Shown piece by piece: positions 26,498-40,800 of a stretch of 64,000 bases of DNA. The stretch spans positions 372,001 through 436,000 of the forward strand of contig JBEWZL010000013.1 in the NCBI GenBank assembly GCA_045837725.1. The letters are read 5' to 3'. The notes beneath the pieces are model-generated. The model was given only the letters and a program-made list of their open reading frames with translations. It searched no databases and had not been told where the DNA came from. A program made the position numbers and the translations under genes. Numbering within the stretch: the first letter of the stretch is position 1; each line of letters opens with the position of its first letter. The stretch comes from Vermamoeba vermiformis (Eukaryota).

Positions 26498-27242
26498 TTA
26501 CATGTTGCCACCCTGCAACACCTTTGCGCTCAACACTGTTCCTGTGGCGCTCAACACAACTTCAATGAGAGCACCAGTGGTGTCTTGGAATACCTTCACT
26601 GTTTGGTTGAGACTGTTCGTGCTCGTTGACACGAGAGACAAGCCCATCGTGAGCACATTGCCGAGAGTTTGTTGACTGATGACATTGCCAGCCGTGTCCA
26701 CCACTCGCGTAACGATGTCTCCGGTCGCAGTGACGAGTCGCTGCACTGTTTGACCAATTGAATTGACTGTCGAGGTCAACAAACCTTCAACAGTAGTCAA
26801 CAGACCGGTCAAAATTTCAGGGTTCTCTGCGACGACGTTTAAAGCGCGGTCAACTATCTTTCGAACGTTTTCTAAGCGAACAACGAGTTGAAGTTGAGCT
26901 CTGACCCCAGTGATGTTGAGCACTACTTTGTTGATTGACACATCCACGCCTGAAACGAATTGTTAAGCATGTTCGATGCGCCACCGAAGAAAAGCACTAC
27001 TTACCGGCTGTCAATTGAACCAAGTTTGCAACTTTAGCATTAAGTGATACGTGAGCTTCCAAGCTATCGACTTCGAGATAGATCTGATTTACTGACAGAT
27101 TCGGCACATCGAGGAATACGTCAGGACAAGGGCAGGTATTGTTTAAGTTCGTGCTAATGCTAGTAGCGTTGCATTCTGCAGAGGATCCGCCAATGAAAGC
27201 AAGCAAAAATAAGCAGAGTACCACGAGAGTTGTGTGCGCCAT
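26498..27242 (-). CDS. Secreted protein of an uncharacterised family recalled from actinobacteria and fungi
   Basis: Signal peptide MAHTTLVVLCLFLLAFIGGSSA; PDVFLDVPNLSVNQIYLEVDSLEAHVSLNAKVANLVQLTAG|VDVSINKV...RLENVRKIVDRAL...NPEIL; one intron at ~26950-27004. Confidence 0.8.
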
Positions 27243-27609
27243 GTTGTGATTAGTTGATAAGACTGGCAACAGATTGCCGCTTAAATATCTACTCGATCGA
27301 TTGAAAGTGGAAGAGGCAGGAATTTGAGCTAGTTTTTGCAATTTAAGCAACTGCAATTTTCCGACACGCAAAATAAAGGAAAATCTGAAAAGACAACTCT
27401 GTAAAGCAAATTATCGGCACTAGTGCTTCAATCTGCAATGTAAGAAGAATTCGTGCGATCTGACACTGCCAATCACCTCAGATATTTTCATATTCATTTA
27501 TGCAGTCGTATCGTTATCGAAACAATTATTTACGCTATTACAGCTCCGAAAGCTTTAACCGATTATAATTAATTATCTGGTTCAATGTCAACATCCGTTA
27601 AATATTTAT

Positions 27610-28443
27610 TTAGGCAAATAATACGGTATAAAATATAGCAAAGATAGGCACGGCAAGTTTGATAGCTGCTGCCGATGTCTTGGATGAAGAGGGCGTAGAA
27701 GAAGGCGAATTGGAGGATGGAGGAGAAGCCAAGGTGCAAGTTTTTCCGTCGCCAGTATATCCTTCTTTGCAGGTACAAGTGTGCGAGAAGTAATCAGTAG
27801 TGGACACGATGCAGTCAGCATTGACGTCACAATCGTTATTGGCACCCACGCACTGGTCTTGAGGCAAGATCCAGATGTCACTGAACGCCATACTGCCATC
27901 ATCTCCACCGCATAGAATGAGATTACCACGATTATGAACGCCACCAGATCTGCCAGGGTAGTACCGAGATCCAAGTACACTTCCTTTGGCACGGTAGTTT
28001 GTGAAATTATTCGGGACTATATCAGAACCAATACTGCCGGACACGAGCTTCCACATCTTGCTCGTCTTGTTGAATAGCCAAAAATCATTTAAGCCTTGGT
28101 CAGTAACGTAAAAACTTCCACCACCGAGGAGCAATGTGCCGTCTCGTCTGTCAACCATCAAACCACCTGTTCTAGAACGCGGGTAGTTGTTAATGTTGAA
28201 GTCGTCGGGCACTGCTAAAGAACTGTTGATCACGAGTGAAGATTCATTTCCCCATTCGACACGCCACTCCAAAGTCTTCGTGTCAAATGACCACATGTCA
28301 CCCCAATCTACGTCTGTCTCGCCAGCTGCACCGTCACCATATCCACCGAAAATCCAAATACGATCTTCTTCATCAATTGTAGAGGCAGGCAACCAACGGC
28401 CATTCCAAGTCTTGTTCACGCTGAAAATCGCATACCAGTTCAC
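27610..28443 (-). pseudogene. 5'-truncated kelch-repeat + EGF + Ser/Pro stalk + GPI-signal surface protein
   Basis: Kelch blades (RIWIFGGYG...DMWSFD...W; LLLGGG...NDFWLFN...W; LILCGG...SDIW); EGF CDVNADC...CTCKEGYTGDGKTC; hydrophobic C-terminus. No ATG or signal peptide; in-frame TGA immediately upstream (28447-28449). Confidence 0.65.
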
Positions 28444-29356
28444 AGTTCAATAATCCGAGGTACGTCAATGAACGTACTGCCGTTGGGTCCACAGATCCGT
28501 AGCCTATATCAAAATATCGACTATTGACGAATGTCAACGATTGTAAGTTGGGAAGGTTCTCTGGTATGTGGTAAAACGTATTAGACCCCATTGTGTGATG
28601 ATAGGCAACCAATGAAGTCAAACTCGTGGATGTCTCGGTGCGTATCAAGCTGTAAAATGTGCCCGCGAACCCTCTGTATTCGAGGTGCTGCAGCGATGTT
28701 GCTAATTTGATTAATCTATTCAAACGTTAGTATTGGCCTGTAGCACGTGCCTATAACGTACCTATTTACTTCACTTTGATGAAGTCGTATTAGTTTCAGG
28801 CTAGTAATGTGTTGAATGAAGGCCGGAAACGTTTCCACGGCATTAAAAAATTCATCTTTCACGTGAACAAACGACTCTGTAGCTTCAATTACATATTGAT
28901 CGAGCATTTTTGAACATGAAGACACCCTCTCGAATAATAAGTGGAATAGTTTTACGTTCTTAAGCTTGGTTTGCTTAACCAGTTCGGGATCTGGGGTTGC
29001 GAAGATATCATCGATGTAAACGAAGCTCGCGTTGGCCTGAGAATGCTCTACTAGATCTTGAAAAGCCGTTGGACCATAAATGACGGCAAATGACCACGCA
29101 TTAACTCGCCAGTAGTGGCAAATTGAAGCAAACCTATCGCCACAATTTTAAAAATTAGTCAGTAATTTAGAAAATTATTACAGTGCCTCTCCGTTGCGAT
29201 ACATGATATTTCATTGTTAAATTAATATCAGGAGATTTATTTGCAAGGACGGACTTACCAAACCAGATCTGTCAAAGAAACCAAAGAAAATATTTGTGCT
29301 TGAATCTCAGTGGGTAATAATGCAATAAAGCCTCCTTCAGTTTCCATTTCGTCCAT
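28373..29356 (-). CDS. F-box/LRR-like protein paralog 2, apparently 3'-truncated
   Basis: MDEMETEGGFIALLPTEIQAQIFSLVSLTDLVW|FASICHYWRVNAWSFAVIYGPTA... is colinear with the adjacent paralog, with the same two intron positions. Similarity ends after LTYLGLLNCEL. Confidence 0.75.
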
Positions 29357-29398
29357 TTAGTGCTATTCGTTGTTGTTTATTTAGCTACGTGTTCTCTT

Positions 29399-30548
29399 TT
29401 AAATGATATAACCTGCTGACGTTTGTAACCTATCATTTGGATCAGGGCAAGCACATTCGCCAATAACTCGAATTTTCGGCAATAGTTCCTGGATAAATGC
29501 AGGATCCAACTCATAACCTGAACTTCCTTTAAGTGTGCGTCGAAGTTCTAGTGTTTGTAGACGCGTGAATAGTCTCGGAAGTGGTTTGAATCTGAATGTT
29601 CCGTTGGTGTAGATTGTACTCGTGATCAGAGTGCAGTCCAATATGCCAAGGTACGTCAACTTTTCTAATAGTGATTGGAAATAGTAAGAATTGCCCAAGT
29701 CGAAAGCGCAGTTTTGCAACGTAAGAGACTCTAAGGAAGTCCCAAGTTTGGAAAAATGAAAAAACCGCATCTTCGCACCTCCGATGGTGAGAGATGTTAA
29801 GTTTTGGCATTTTGCAATATCGTAGTGCCGTTGCAAGATTCCAAACCAAATTTCTTCCTCCTCGCTGACCACGTGGAAGTCGAGGGTCTGCAGCGACGTT
29901 GCTAGCTTCAAAACCCTATACAACCGTTATACTTTGCAATAGATGTCGGCTAAATACCTTCCCAAGTCGTCCATACAGAAGTGGTTCACGCGTAATGAAG
30001 TAATCTGGTTAAGAAATGCCGGGTAGTGCTCAACTGCACTAAAAAAATGTTCTTTTGTCTCGTCAAAGCCCTCAACATATTCGAGTGTAAATGTGTCTAG
30101 TTTCATTGCACTTTGCTCGATTCGTTGAAACATCGTGTTGAACAAGTTCATTCTCTTCTGTCGAGCGACTTGAACAAAGTGCGGATCTGGCTCAGCGAAG
30201 ATATCATCAATATAAGCAAATTCGGCATTATCTATCGAGTGTTTGATAAGATCATGCAACGCCGTGGGCCCATAAAGCACAGCAAACGACCACGCATTGA
30301 CACGCCAGTAATTACACGTTGCTGAAATGCTGAATAATATGGATTAGATTATAACTAAGGACAATTGTAACAAATAATATTTTGCTAGCTCTTTGAATTT
30401 TTGAATTTTGAACAGAGAAAAATTGCGGATTAACGACTTACACGATCAGATCCGTCAATTCGATGTTAGAGAACAACTTTGCCAACATTTCTGTAGGCAG
30501 AGCGCTGAACAGTCCTCCTTCAAGGCTTTGGTTGTTGTTGTGCTCCAT
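29399..30548 (-). CDS. F-box/LRR-like protein paralog 1
   Basis: LFSALPTEMLAKLFSNIELTDLIV|ISATCNYWR (F-box); degenerate LRRs LQTLDF, LTSLTI, LESLTLQNC, LTYLGILDC, LQTLEL; three exons. Confidence 0.82.
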
Positions 30549-30634
30549 TCAATTGTACAGACAATTAACTGGTCTACTTCGTGCGGTCACTATTTATAAG
30601 GCAAGGGTTTTATTTTTTAAAATTTTGAACAAGC

Positions 30635-31514
<880 letters not shown>

Positions 31515-32058
31515 GGTTGCGCTCTATATATCGATAGCTGGAGAAAAGAAACGAATATTGTTCGTGGCCAGAAAGAAGATTGAACCGAAAGGGGCACGTT
31601 TTTTTCTGGCCAAATTTTTCTTCGCAGTTTTTTCTTCGGACATTTTTTGGCGATATGACCTAAAAAGGCGATGTAGTTTGGGTTGGTTTCGAAAGTTCTT
31701 CTGCGCGGGACTGTGACTCAGCGAAAGTATAGAAACCAACAATAACATCAAAATTAATTGTTGCACATATCGAGATCTGGAGCAACAGGTAAATATTACC
31801 GTTATTGCAAGTTTGCGAGAAGCAGTGTAAGCTTACTCGCTTGTAAGAATAACGGCGAGTATTTGTCGATCAATATATAATCCAGCAGCGACGATAGCAG
31901 GCGATTAATTCGAAATACAAATTTATTTGCAACGAGTACCGGATTTACACCTTTATTCTGGTGGCTCTTCGCACCGTCCCATTGCACCATATTAAAACAC
32001 GTTATTTTAATAGCACATAGCGAGCGATATTGGACCTGCCTAACAGCACAAAGCGAGA

Positions 32059-34598
32059 ATGACAGATAAGAAAATCGGCAGGGGAAGGTAATGTATCGCT
32101 CCAGAGATGTATTTTTATATTATACTGGCACTAAAATTGCCATAGTAATTTTTGGTATCGTTCAAAACGTTTAAAGTTCTTCACGATGAAAATTTATCGC
32201 TAATCTGCGCTTACGCGTAATTTGATCCACAATTCATTAGTTTGCATTTTTAGCCACAATTAATGTTGCTAAAAAACCATATAATTCATTTGATACGTTA
32301 ATTATGTTTACACAGGAGCTTTGAGCCTTATTTAATATTTTAATAATTATTTTATTTTTTTTTCTAGTTTAATGAAACAGCCTGTGAGAAAGGACCCCGC
32401 CCCAGTAGCAACGAGGAGTAAACCGCTAGAATTTAAAGAGAAAACAGATCCTTATTTTAAAGATAACGTAATCAATCCCAACGAGCAAGACGATTTTGAT
32501 CCAAATATGTATTATTTCAAGCGCGATAAAGAGGTAAGCAATATTATAATATAACAATAGTACCAGGCACGGGACCGATGATGCACGACTTTTTGATAGT
32601 TTTAAACTATACCCAATATCGAGCACGAACTAAAACATCGTTGCAGCCCCAGCCAATGATGGATTCGCATTTTCCACCCAATTATACACAGCCCAACCAA
32701 GACAGTTACGGGAATATGCAGATGCCGAGTACGTTACATAGTGCGAGTTACAGCCTTAAAAAATAATGTGTACTAATTATACATTGTTGCCAATGTAGTA
32801 CCAGTCGTCGGTACAGGGTCGCGAGGAGTCGTTCATCCCTCAACACAAGGTCGATTCACACCACAGCCTGCTGCTTCACCAGTGCCCATGGGACAGGTAC
32901 GTGTCACTGGTATTGTTATTCCAGCGTGATAAAGCTAATGGACGGTACTTCAGAGCACGATGCACCCTTCGATAGGAAGAGGTCAGATGACAGTTGGACC
33001 AATCAATACACAGCCCGGTCAGGGTCAAATCCCGTCATCGATTGCTAGTCGGCAAGGAATGACTGCGTCGGGCAATAGAATAGGTGCTATGAATCCAATG
33101 GTACGTAGTCGAGGCAATAGATAATCCGTGAATAGTGATTGACTGTCGTGCTAGCAGCAGCCGCAAGCCACACGAATCAACGGCGTAGTACCAAATATGG
33201 GAGGCATGCAAAACCCTAACATGCGAGTATATTCACAAACACCACCGCCACAAAGTTCAATGGGCATGGGATTCCAACAGCCTGAGATGATGCAAATGTT
33301 AAGTAAGAGTTCAGGAATGGTCGGTACGAATTACCCGCCTTTGAAAGTCAGTGGTGCCAGCTTAGAGAATTGTAAGTCTTCGTTCATGTCTGCCACTCGT
33401 CCTATTCAAGGAGAAAATACTAACGTAGTCTATCTAGCGATGAATAATTTATCATTAAATGGATCGTCAATGAACCCAAAACCAGAATTTCAAATCACGA
33501 ACGAAGACTTTCCAGCACTATCAGCAGCCACAGCGTACAAAGAACCCTCGCACAACCAACCGTCACAATCCCAACAACCCGCCCAAGCTACCGAGCCTCA
33601 ACTCAACATGTCACAACCACACTACGCCTCAAATTCACCTTACGATATGGGACAGAACTTTGGTGCCCCTCAAGACCAGCTACGATCGAGCGGTAGTTAC
33701 GACCAATACGGCATGCCTCACCAAATGCAAGCCGCGCCTTCTTCACCACAAAAGGTACGTGGCCGTTGAGTACTAACATGAAGTGGTATCATATTAAGAT
33801 GTACTATTATACAGAAAATGTTCCAACAACCGCAACCACACCCCTCACAACAGCCGCAACAGCAACCCTACGACCCGTACCGCATGTTGGGCCTGTTGAA
33901 AGTTTTGAAGATGCAAGACCCTGATCTCAACACACTAGCGCTTGGTGCTGATCTCACTTCACTCGGTCTCAATCTTAGTTCACCTGAGTAAGTCGGACCT
34001 ACAAGATCCGCGTTATCTCCTCATGTCATAATTGTTATATCTCACATCTAACGCGTATATATTCTACTAGTGTATTGTACGCCACATTTGCCTCGCCATT
34101 CGCCGATGCCGCCCTTCGTCGCGAGCCTGAATTCCATATCCCCAACTGTTACGTGATCCAACCGCCTCTTCCGCCGCCAACGGATAAAATGAGCTTGTTC
34201 ATGGACGAGACTTTGTTTTATATATTCTACACTATGCCTAGCGATCCTCTGCAAAGTTCAGCTGCAGTTGAGCTGTAAGTACTGAATCTGTTTTCTGCAT
34301 TCCAATAATTATTTCGAATATATTTTCCTTATTTAGCGACACTATATTTAGTCTCAAATCATAGTACGACATTACGAATGGCTTATTAATACTGTCATGT
34401 AGGTACAATCGCGATTGGAGGTACCACAAAGAATTACAAATTTGGTTCCGACGTATGCCTGGTACTGAACCGATCGTGAAGACGGCGACCTATGAACGCG
34501 GCTCTTATATCTATTTTGATATTGGTACGTGGGAGAAGATGCGCAAAGACAATTTTGTGCTTGAGTACGACAAGTTGGAGATTATGGCGAAAAGTTAA
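32059..34598 (+). CDS. CNOT2: CCR4-NOT subunit 2 (NOT2/3/5 NOT-box protein)
   Basis: EFQITNEDFPAL; DPDLNTLALGADLTSLGLNL; LYATFASPF; DETLFYIFYTMP; LYNRDWRYHKE; YERGSYIYFD. Confidence 0.93.
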
Positions 34599-34692
34599 TT
34601 TCTTGTAAACTCTGTATAAAGCAACCAAATAAGAAGATTTTATATACATTAGGTGCAACTGATAATATTTACAATAATATACAATCGAGGGT

Positions 34693-35253
34693 TCATTCCG
34701 AGAGCTCCATCCGTTGGATGTCGTCCGCTAGTTCAGTTGGATCAGCCATTTGTGGAGCGTAAGGACTATGGCTTGCATATTTAGGCGTTGGCTTAATACG
34801 CAGTGGTATATGCCGCACAGCTTTGGTCATTTCTCTTTCTTTAATTGCTGCCGCTCGAGAATCATCCGGATCGTCCTCAATTTCATTTTCTATCGGCTTT
34901 ATTTGTTGCGTCTTCTTATTATTCTTATGAATTATATCTCTTTTACTGCCTCTAGTTTGATTTTCCAATAGTTCTTCGCGTTTGTATTCAACTTCGGAAC
35001 TTTTTTGAACAGAATTATTAATTCTGAAGCATTTATATTTGAAAAAATAGGAAAAATAATTTGAAAATTATTACCTATCGACGACTCTATCAGATAATCT
35101 TCCGTATTTTATTACAAAGTCTGGATCCAGCACCATCCGAATACTAAAATCATTTGCTTGCTTGGTATTGGCCTGCGGCTGATTACGACTAGCACTATTG
35201 TTTACGTTATTCGTATTAGTGCGTACATTCGTATTATTAGTAATGTTGTTCAT
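34693..35253 (-). CDS. Small hypothetical protein, two exons
   Basis: ORFs 35071-35253 and 34693-34968 joined by an AT-rich GT-AG intron (~35010-35074). Confidence 0.6.
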
Positions 35254-35334
35254 CGATCAGGAACAAGAACTAATATATCACTTTTTTTGAACTGTCAAGT
35301 TTATTGAATAGCGCTCTTAATATAATACATTTAT

Positions 35335-36415
35335 TTAAATGAACGTATCAATGCCGATAATAGGCTTGGTGTCCTTAAGATACTTGAGCATATCGTGGGG
35401 CAATCGGAACAGGCCATCCCGCGTTACAAGTCGATGAATTGGCATGATTTCAAAGGTCGCTGGCTGCATTACTCCGTCTTTAACTTCAACAGTACTATAG
35501 TAGATAAATATAATATGAGTATTGGGAGTATAATAAAGGGGTCAAAGCTAGATCTAAATGTCGTACCCTAATATATCATCGGTAGCAGGTCTATGCGCAG
35601 CTCTTGATCGTAAATCGGTTATTTGCATTAGGCCTAATATTAAGCAGTTAATAAACGAATAAAATTGATAAATTAAATGCATGGAGTAGTCGGTACAAAC
35701 CATGTTTAGTCGCCTTGGCTTGCTCTTTCAACGTGTCGCTCTCAGTATGATAAGTGACTAGCACGTGCGTCAAAAAGTTTCTAAACGATTGATTTTCAAT
35801 GAAATTGTCTGGCTCAACGAGAAAATTTTCGTTGCGATCTGTTGGTGGCGCGCTAAATTTAAATCATCAGGATGATTAAATATGGAATCAACGTACTGCT
35901 TGAGCCAACCAACGATTCTCGTGCCTAAATTGAAGTTTTTGAAGTCTGTGATCGGCACAGTTGACATTACGTATTCTGGCTTTGGCTGATTAGGTGGAAA
36001 GAAAGGAAAGTCTTTGGGGACCTTGTATAATCGAACACCATAGTCTTTTAATTCTTGAGCATTCCATGATTCGGTAATATCGTCTGAAGTTGTTGAATAC
36101 GTCACGGATTTGAAAATTTTTGTGAATGGATTTGGAGCTGAAACAGGAACTTTCTTAGTTGACACATTACAGTGCGTAATATTTCGTTGTTTTTTTGCTC
36201 CAAAAAGTGTCCTTGAAATGACCTGGTGCGAAGATTATCAGATAAATATTGTCAAAAATTCTAGCATATTTATAATTAGAATAATAGCCATTTATTTGTG
36301 TTTTAGAAATTCAATGGACTATTTATTAATTAATTCCTACCATTGCGCGTGAGGTATTAGTTTGGATCAAGCAGCGCGTGACATTGCGCAACTTCTTGGT
36401 CAATAGAGATGCCAT
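35335..36415 (-). CDS. Uncharacterised conserved protein with probable mitochondrial presequence
   Basis: Spliced model MASLLTKKLRNVTR...|...NFIENQSFRNFLTHVL...AKATKHG|LMQITDLR...DDIL|...VEVKDG...MPIHRLVTRDGLFRL resembles a recalled uncharacterised fungal/protist family. Confidence 0.65.
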
Positions 36416-36769
36416 ATCGTTGAAATAAATGCAATAATGTTCGAGTGGTAGCGTTTACAAAAATACAGCGAAACTTGTGGAGTTATGAGAAAAGAAAAGA
36501 AATTTGTCTTGAGACAAATGGTGTCGCCTTCAGCTGGTCAAGAGTTTGTTCTGGACAAAGCACTTCATGCTTTTTGTGCCATAACTGGAGGGAGAAGGCC
36601 AATTGTTTGCGTTGGCCCTCGCGTTCTTATTGGCGAGTTCGCGGTACTTGAAAAAGATAATATCGCTTCGAATGTCAGACTGAACTCCACAAAGGAGAGA
36701 GTATCGGTAATCTTATTGCCGAACAATTATTAATATTAAAGGAATATAGGACAGCGGTAATTAGCAAGA

Positions 36770-37675
36770 ATGAATAAGGAGAAAGGTATGTTTTTTACTT
36801 ATTTTAAAAATAATAGCTCGTGTAAATGGAAATTAATTTTGTTTATAATATTGATCAAATTATGTGCGGACTTACTAAACTAATTTTTGTTTTGGCAATG
36901 AATTTTAAACTATCTTTTTCAGATTCAGTCATAATTGAAGTTTGCGTGGATGATATTGACAAAGCGCTTAGTGCACAGAGTGAAGGAGCACATAGAATTG
37001 AATTATGTTCGAGATTAGACCTCGATGTGAGTATTGTGGTGCTGTGCGAGTTGATCAAGCTCAATTAATTCGCAATTATTCAATTAGGGACTAACACCGT
37101 CTTTGGAAAGCTTTAATAGAGCACTAAATGAATTACATATACCATTCCATGCCATGATAAGGCCGCGCGAAGGAGATTTTAAGCATAGTACGGAAGAAGT
37201 AGATTCAATGTTAGACCAGATTTGGCAGTTTAAACGGCTGCACCTTGAATGGCAAGCCACACATAATGGAAGTTCTTATGGAAATCTTCGAGGATTTGTA
37301 TTCGGTGTTTTAAATGAAGGAGAAGGGTTCACCATCAATGTGGATGCAACAAAACGACTTGTGGAGGCATCAAGACCTTATTCAGTAACTTTCCACCGCG
37401 CATTTGATTTATTAGAAGATAAATTAGAAGGATTGAAAGTATTGCAGTCGTTGGGAGTCGATCGCGTACTGACTTCTGGATGTCGAACAAATGCAATCGA
37501 CGGAAAAGAAGAGCTCAAGAAATTAGTGGAATTAAGTGCGAATATGGAACCTAAAGGTCCTATAATTATCGCTGGAGGAGGAGTTCGAGACCATAATGTA
37601 GTGGATCTAGTTAAAGTTTCTCGTGTTAGGGAGGTTCACGCCAGTGTCATGTTAAAGGCTGCCTTATCCCTTTAG
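36770..37675 (+). CDS. CUTC: Copper homeostasis protein CutC
   Basis: IEVCVDD...GAHRIELCS.L..|GLTPS; MIRPREGDF; GFVFGVL; VTFHRAFD; RVLTSG; IIAGGGVR; EVHAS. Confidence 0.95.
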
Positions 37676-37878
37676 TCTGTAATTTATTGCCTTAAAGGGC
37701 TTTGTTTTTGATTTGTACAATAAAATTCTTTGCGAAAGCGTCGATCGTTTGTTGAACTTTTTATCAAGGTACGAGACCACTAAAGCACGGCGATTATATT
37801 ATTTGTAGTATATCACATTGTCATTATTGATCCCAGTGACTTTGAAATAACCAACAGGCTGATTAAATTTTATCGCAG

Positions 37879-40800
37879 ATGGAAGGACCACCACACGGCT
37901 TTATTGGAGGACCAGGTAAGTATCTAATTAATTTTAAAAAAATACTTGTAATGTTTTACGAACAAAAGACGATTTAAAATGCAATTAGATATTTTGCAAA
38001 TTATTTTTATTTTTACGACCGTGATCTGCTTTACCAATAGCTTCCAAATAACCTCGATATTATTTTAATTTATAAGCAAATATTTAAAATTATTTTTAAA
38101 AGGCGTTCCTCCTCCCGGTATGATGCCGCCAGGAATGATGGCTGTCCCTGGAATGGGCATGCCTCCTGGCATGATGGTTCCCCCAGGCATGCCTCACCCT
38201 GGCATGGGAATGCCACCGGGCATGGTACCTCCTCCGGGTATGATGGGCGCACCTCCTGGCATGTTTCCACCTGGTACGTATTGGTTCAAAGTTGACCAGT
38301 GACACGTGCAAATTAACCACTTTAGATTAAATACAAATCCATAGTTATGCAAATTAGTCAGTCCTAATTAGATTATATAGGCCGCGTAATACCATTAGGA
38401 ATGCCCGTAGGCATGCCACCAGTCAACGATAAACCACTGGATCCGAAAGATGATCCGATGAACTGGAAAGAGACTAAGACTGAAAACGGCGATGTTTATT
38501 ATTATAACACTGTAACTGAGGATGTCAGCTGGGAGAGGCCTGCTGGTTATATTCCTGTAAGTCCATTCAATAGCACGTGTCATCAGCGACCTCTTCTGAA
38601 CACTGTTGTTTTTGCCTAATTAGGAAGAGGATCGAATGAAGCCGCTGTCGACGGAACAAATCGGCGACACGGACTGGAACATTGTATTCACCGTGTCAGG
38701 CTCCACGTATTACTTCAATACTGTCACCGAGGAGGTGTCATGGGTACTGCCCGAGAGTCTCAATACGAAGAAAAAACTCGAAGGTAATTAGCGCACTAAC
38801 CACTATTATTAGAGTATATAGTATTAAAATGGAGTGTCAGAGGAAAAAAGCAAAAGTGAAAAGGATGAGCGAAGCAGATCTGAACAAAAAGAGGAAGAAG
38901 GCGATAGTGATGTTAAACAAGAGGGCGAGGGAGACGAAAATAAAGTTGATAAAATGGACGAATCAGCGCAAGAAAGCGAAGAAAATTCGTCGTCGAAGAA
39001 ACGAAAGGCAGAAGAATTAGACAACGCGGAAGAAAAAGCACCGAAAAAACAAAAAATCGAAGAGAAACCCGCTGAAAAGTACGATACAGATCTACTTCCA
39101 AATAAGGCAATGATATTAATATCATTATTATTAGGGAAGGAGATAAAGACGAGTTTGCACATTTGACGCAAGAAGAACGCGTCAAAGTGTTCAAAGAAAT
39201 GTTGAAAGAAAAAAATCTTCCGCGACTAGCCACGTGGCAAAAAACAATGTCATTATTAATATTCGACCCGAGATTTAAAGGTACCAATCATTTATTACTA
39301 ATATTTACACGCAAAATTATCACGAGCGACCTACCAACTTTTACACGATTTTTACGGGTCACTAATTCTTTGCAACTAATTTTAGCAATTGCATTGCCTG
39401 GTGACCGTCAATCAGTATTTGAAAGTTGGGTTCGTAATAGAGCTGTTGAAGAAAAGAAAGAGCGGCAAGAGGCTGTAAAGGTAGGTTCGACACGATGTTA
39501 ACATTTTTTATGTTTCACGGATGCACTATCGAGTTGTTGGCTGTCATAATTATGAATTGACAGACAAGTTACTGATTTTGCTATATTCAATCATATTAAC
39601 TATATAACTCTCTTTAACACGTGGCGAAATTAAAAAACAAAAAATTTATGTACTTCGCCATGAAATGAAGAGATATATATTCTATTCACTATGATAGTAT
39701 AATAATAATATATACGCATGCCTAATAAGTGATTTTTAAGGCGGCCAAAGAACAGTTCCAACAGCTGATCGATTCAGTTTATGACAAGTTAAATTACGCC
39801 GTGACATTTGAGACGTTGATTGATATTGTCGGAGATGATCCGAGATACAAAAACATCGTTGAAGTCGATCCTAAAGAGGGCATTACATTGTTAGAGAGGA
39901 ATCTTGAGCCGTTGAAAGCTGCTCACAAACGAAGTACGCGTCACCTCCGTAGTATTACTTTTATATTAACGATTACTATTTTATATTAAATAGAGGTCCG
40001 ACAGTGCGAAGATGATTTTAAAGAGTTGTTAAAAGAAATGGAAGATTTGCATTCGAAGAGCTCGTGGACTGACGTACGAAATTTCATACGTTTTTTAATT
40101 TCTAACGTCAATAATAATAATTTATTGTTATTTTAGACGAGCAAAGAGCTCGAAGAATGGAAAGACAGTCGATGGCACGGAGATATTTTGAGTGACAAGG
40201 ACCGTGAAAGAGTGTTCCGCGACTACTGCAAAGAATTGGCCAAACACGAAGAAGAGAAACGAAAAAAGAAAGAAAGGTACTTCCTATATAATAATAGTTA
40301 TTATGGCCTTAAGTATCAATTACATTCGGTACTGGAGTATTGAAAAGTATGGCACTAACAATGGTCAATATTACAGAGAAGAAGCGAGTAAAAGAGAGCG
40401 GGAAAAAGCCGTGCAACGAATGCGCGAGCAAAATGAACGAAAAGTTGGTCGTGACCGTGAAAAATTTGTCAAAGAAGAAGAGATCATGCACTTTAAGGCT
40501 CTATTATCAGAGAAAGTTCAATACGGATCAAGTGTACGTACCTCGATTTATCATCACCCCGACACTCTTGCCATATATGGCAACCATTTATTGATATATT
40601 TCCTTTTTTAGACGCGGTGGAGTGATGTGAAGCGAGAGCTGTACAAAGACAAGCGCTACGACACGAAGATTTTGCGCAGCGAAGACAAAGAACGATTATT
40701 CAACGATCATTTGCGCAGCTTAGACGACGTAAGTAGTCTACTTTCTATATATATGTCAACTATTATTCTTTGGATCTGGCCACGGGTCTTGGGTTGGATG

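Noticed and set aside
38100-38272. Repetitive CCT/GGC/ATG tract as a possible CRISPR or satellite
   Set aside because: Coding PPGMM low-complexity region of the TCERG1-like gene; no repeat-spacer structure.
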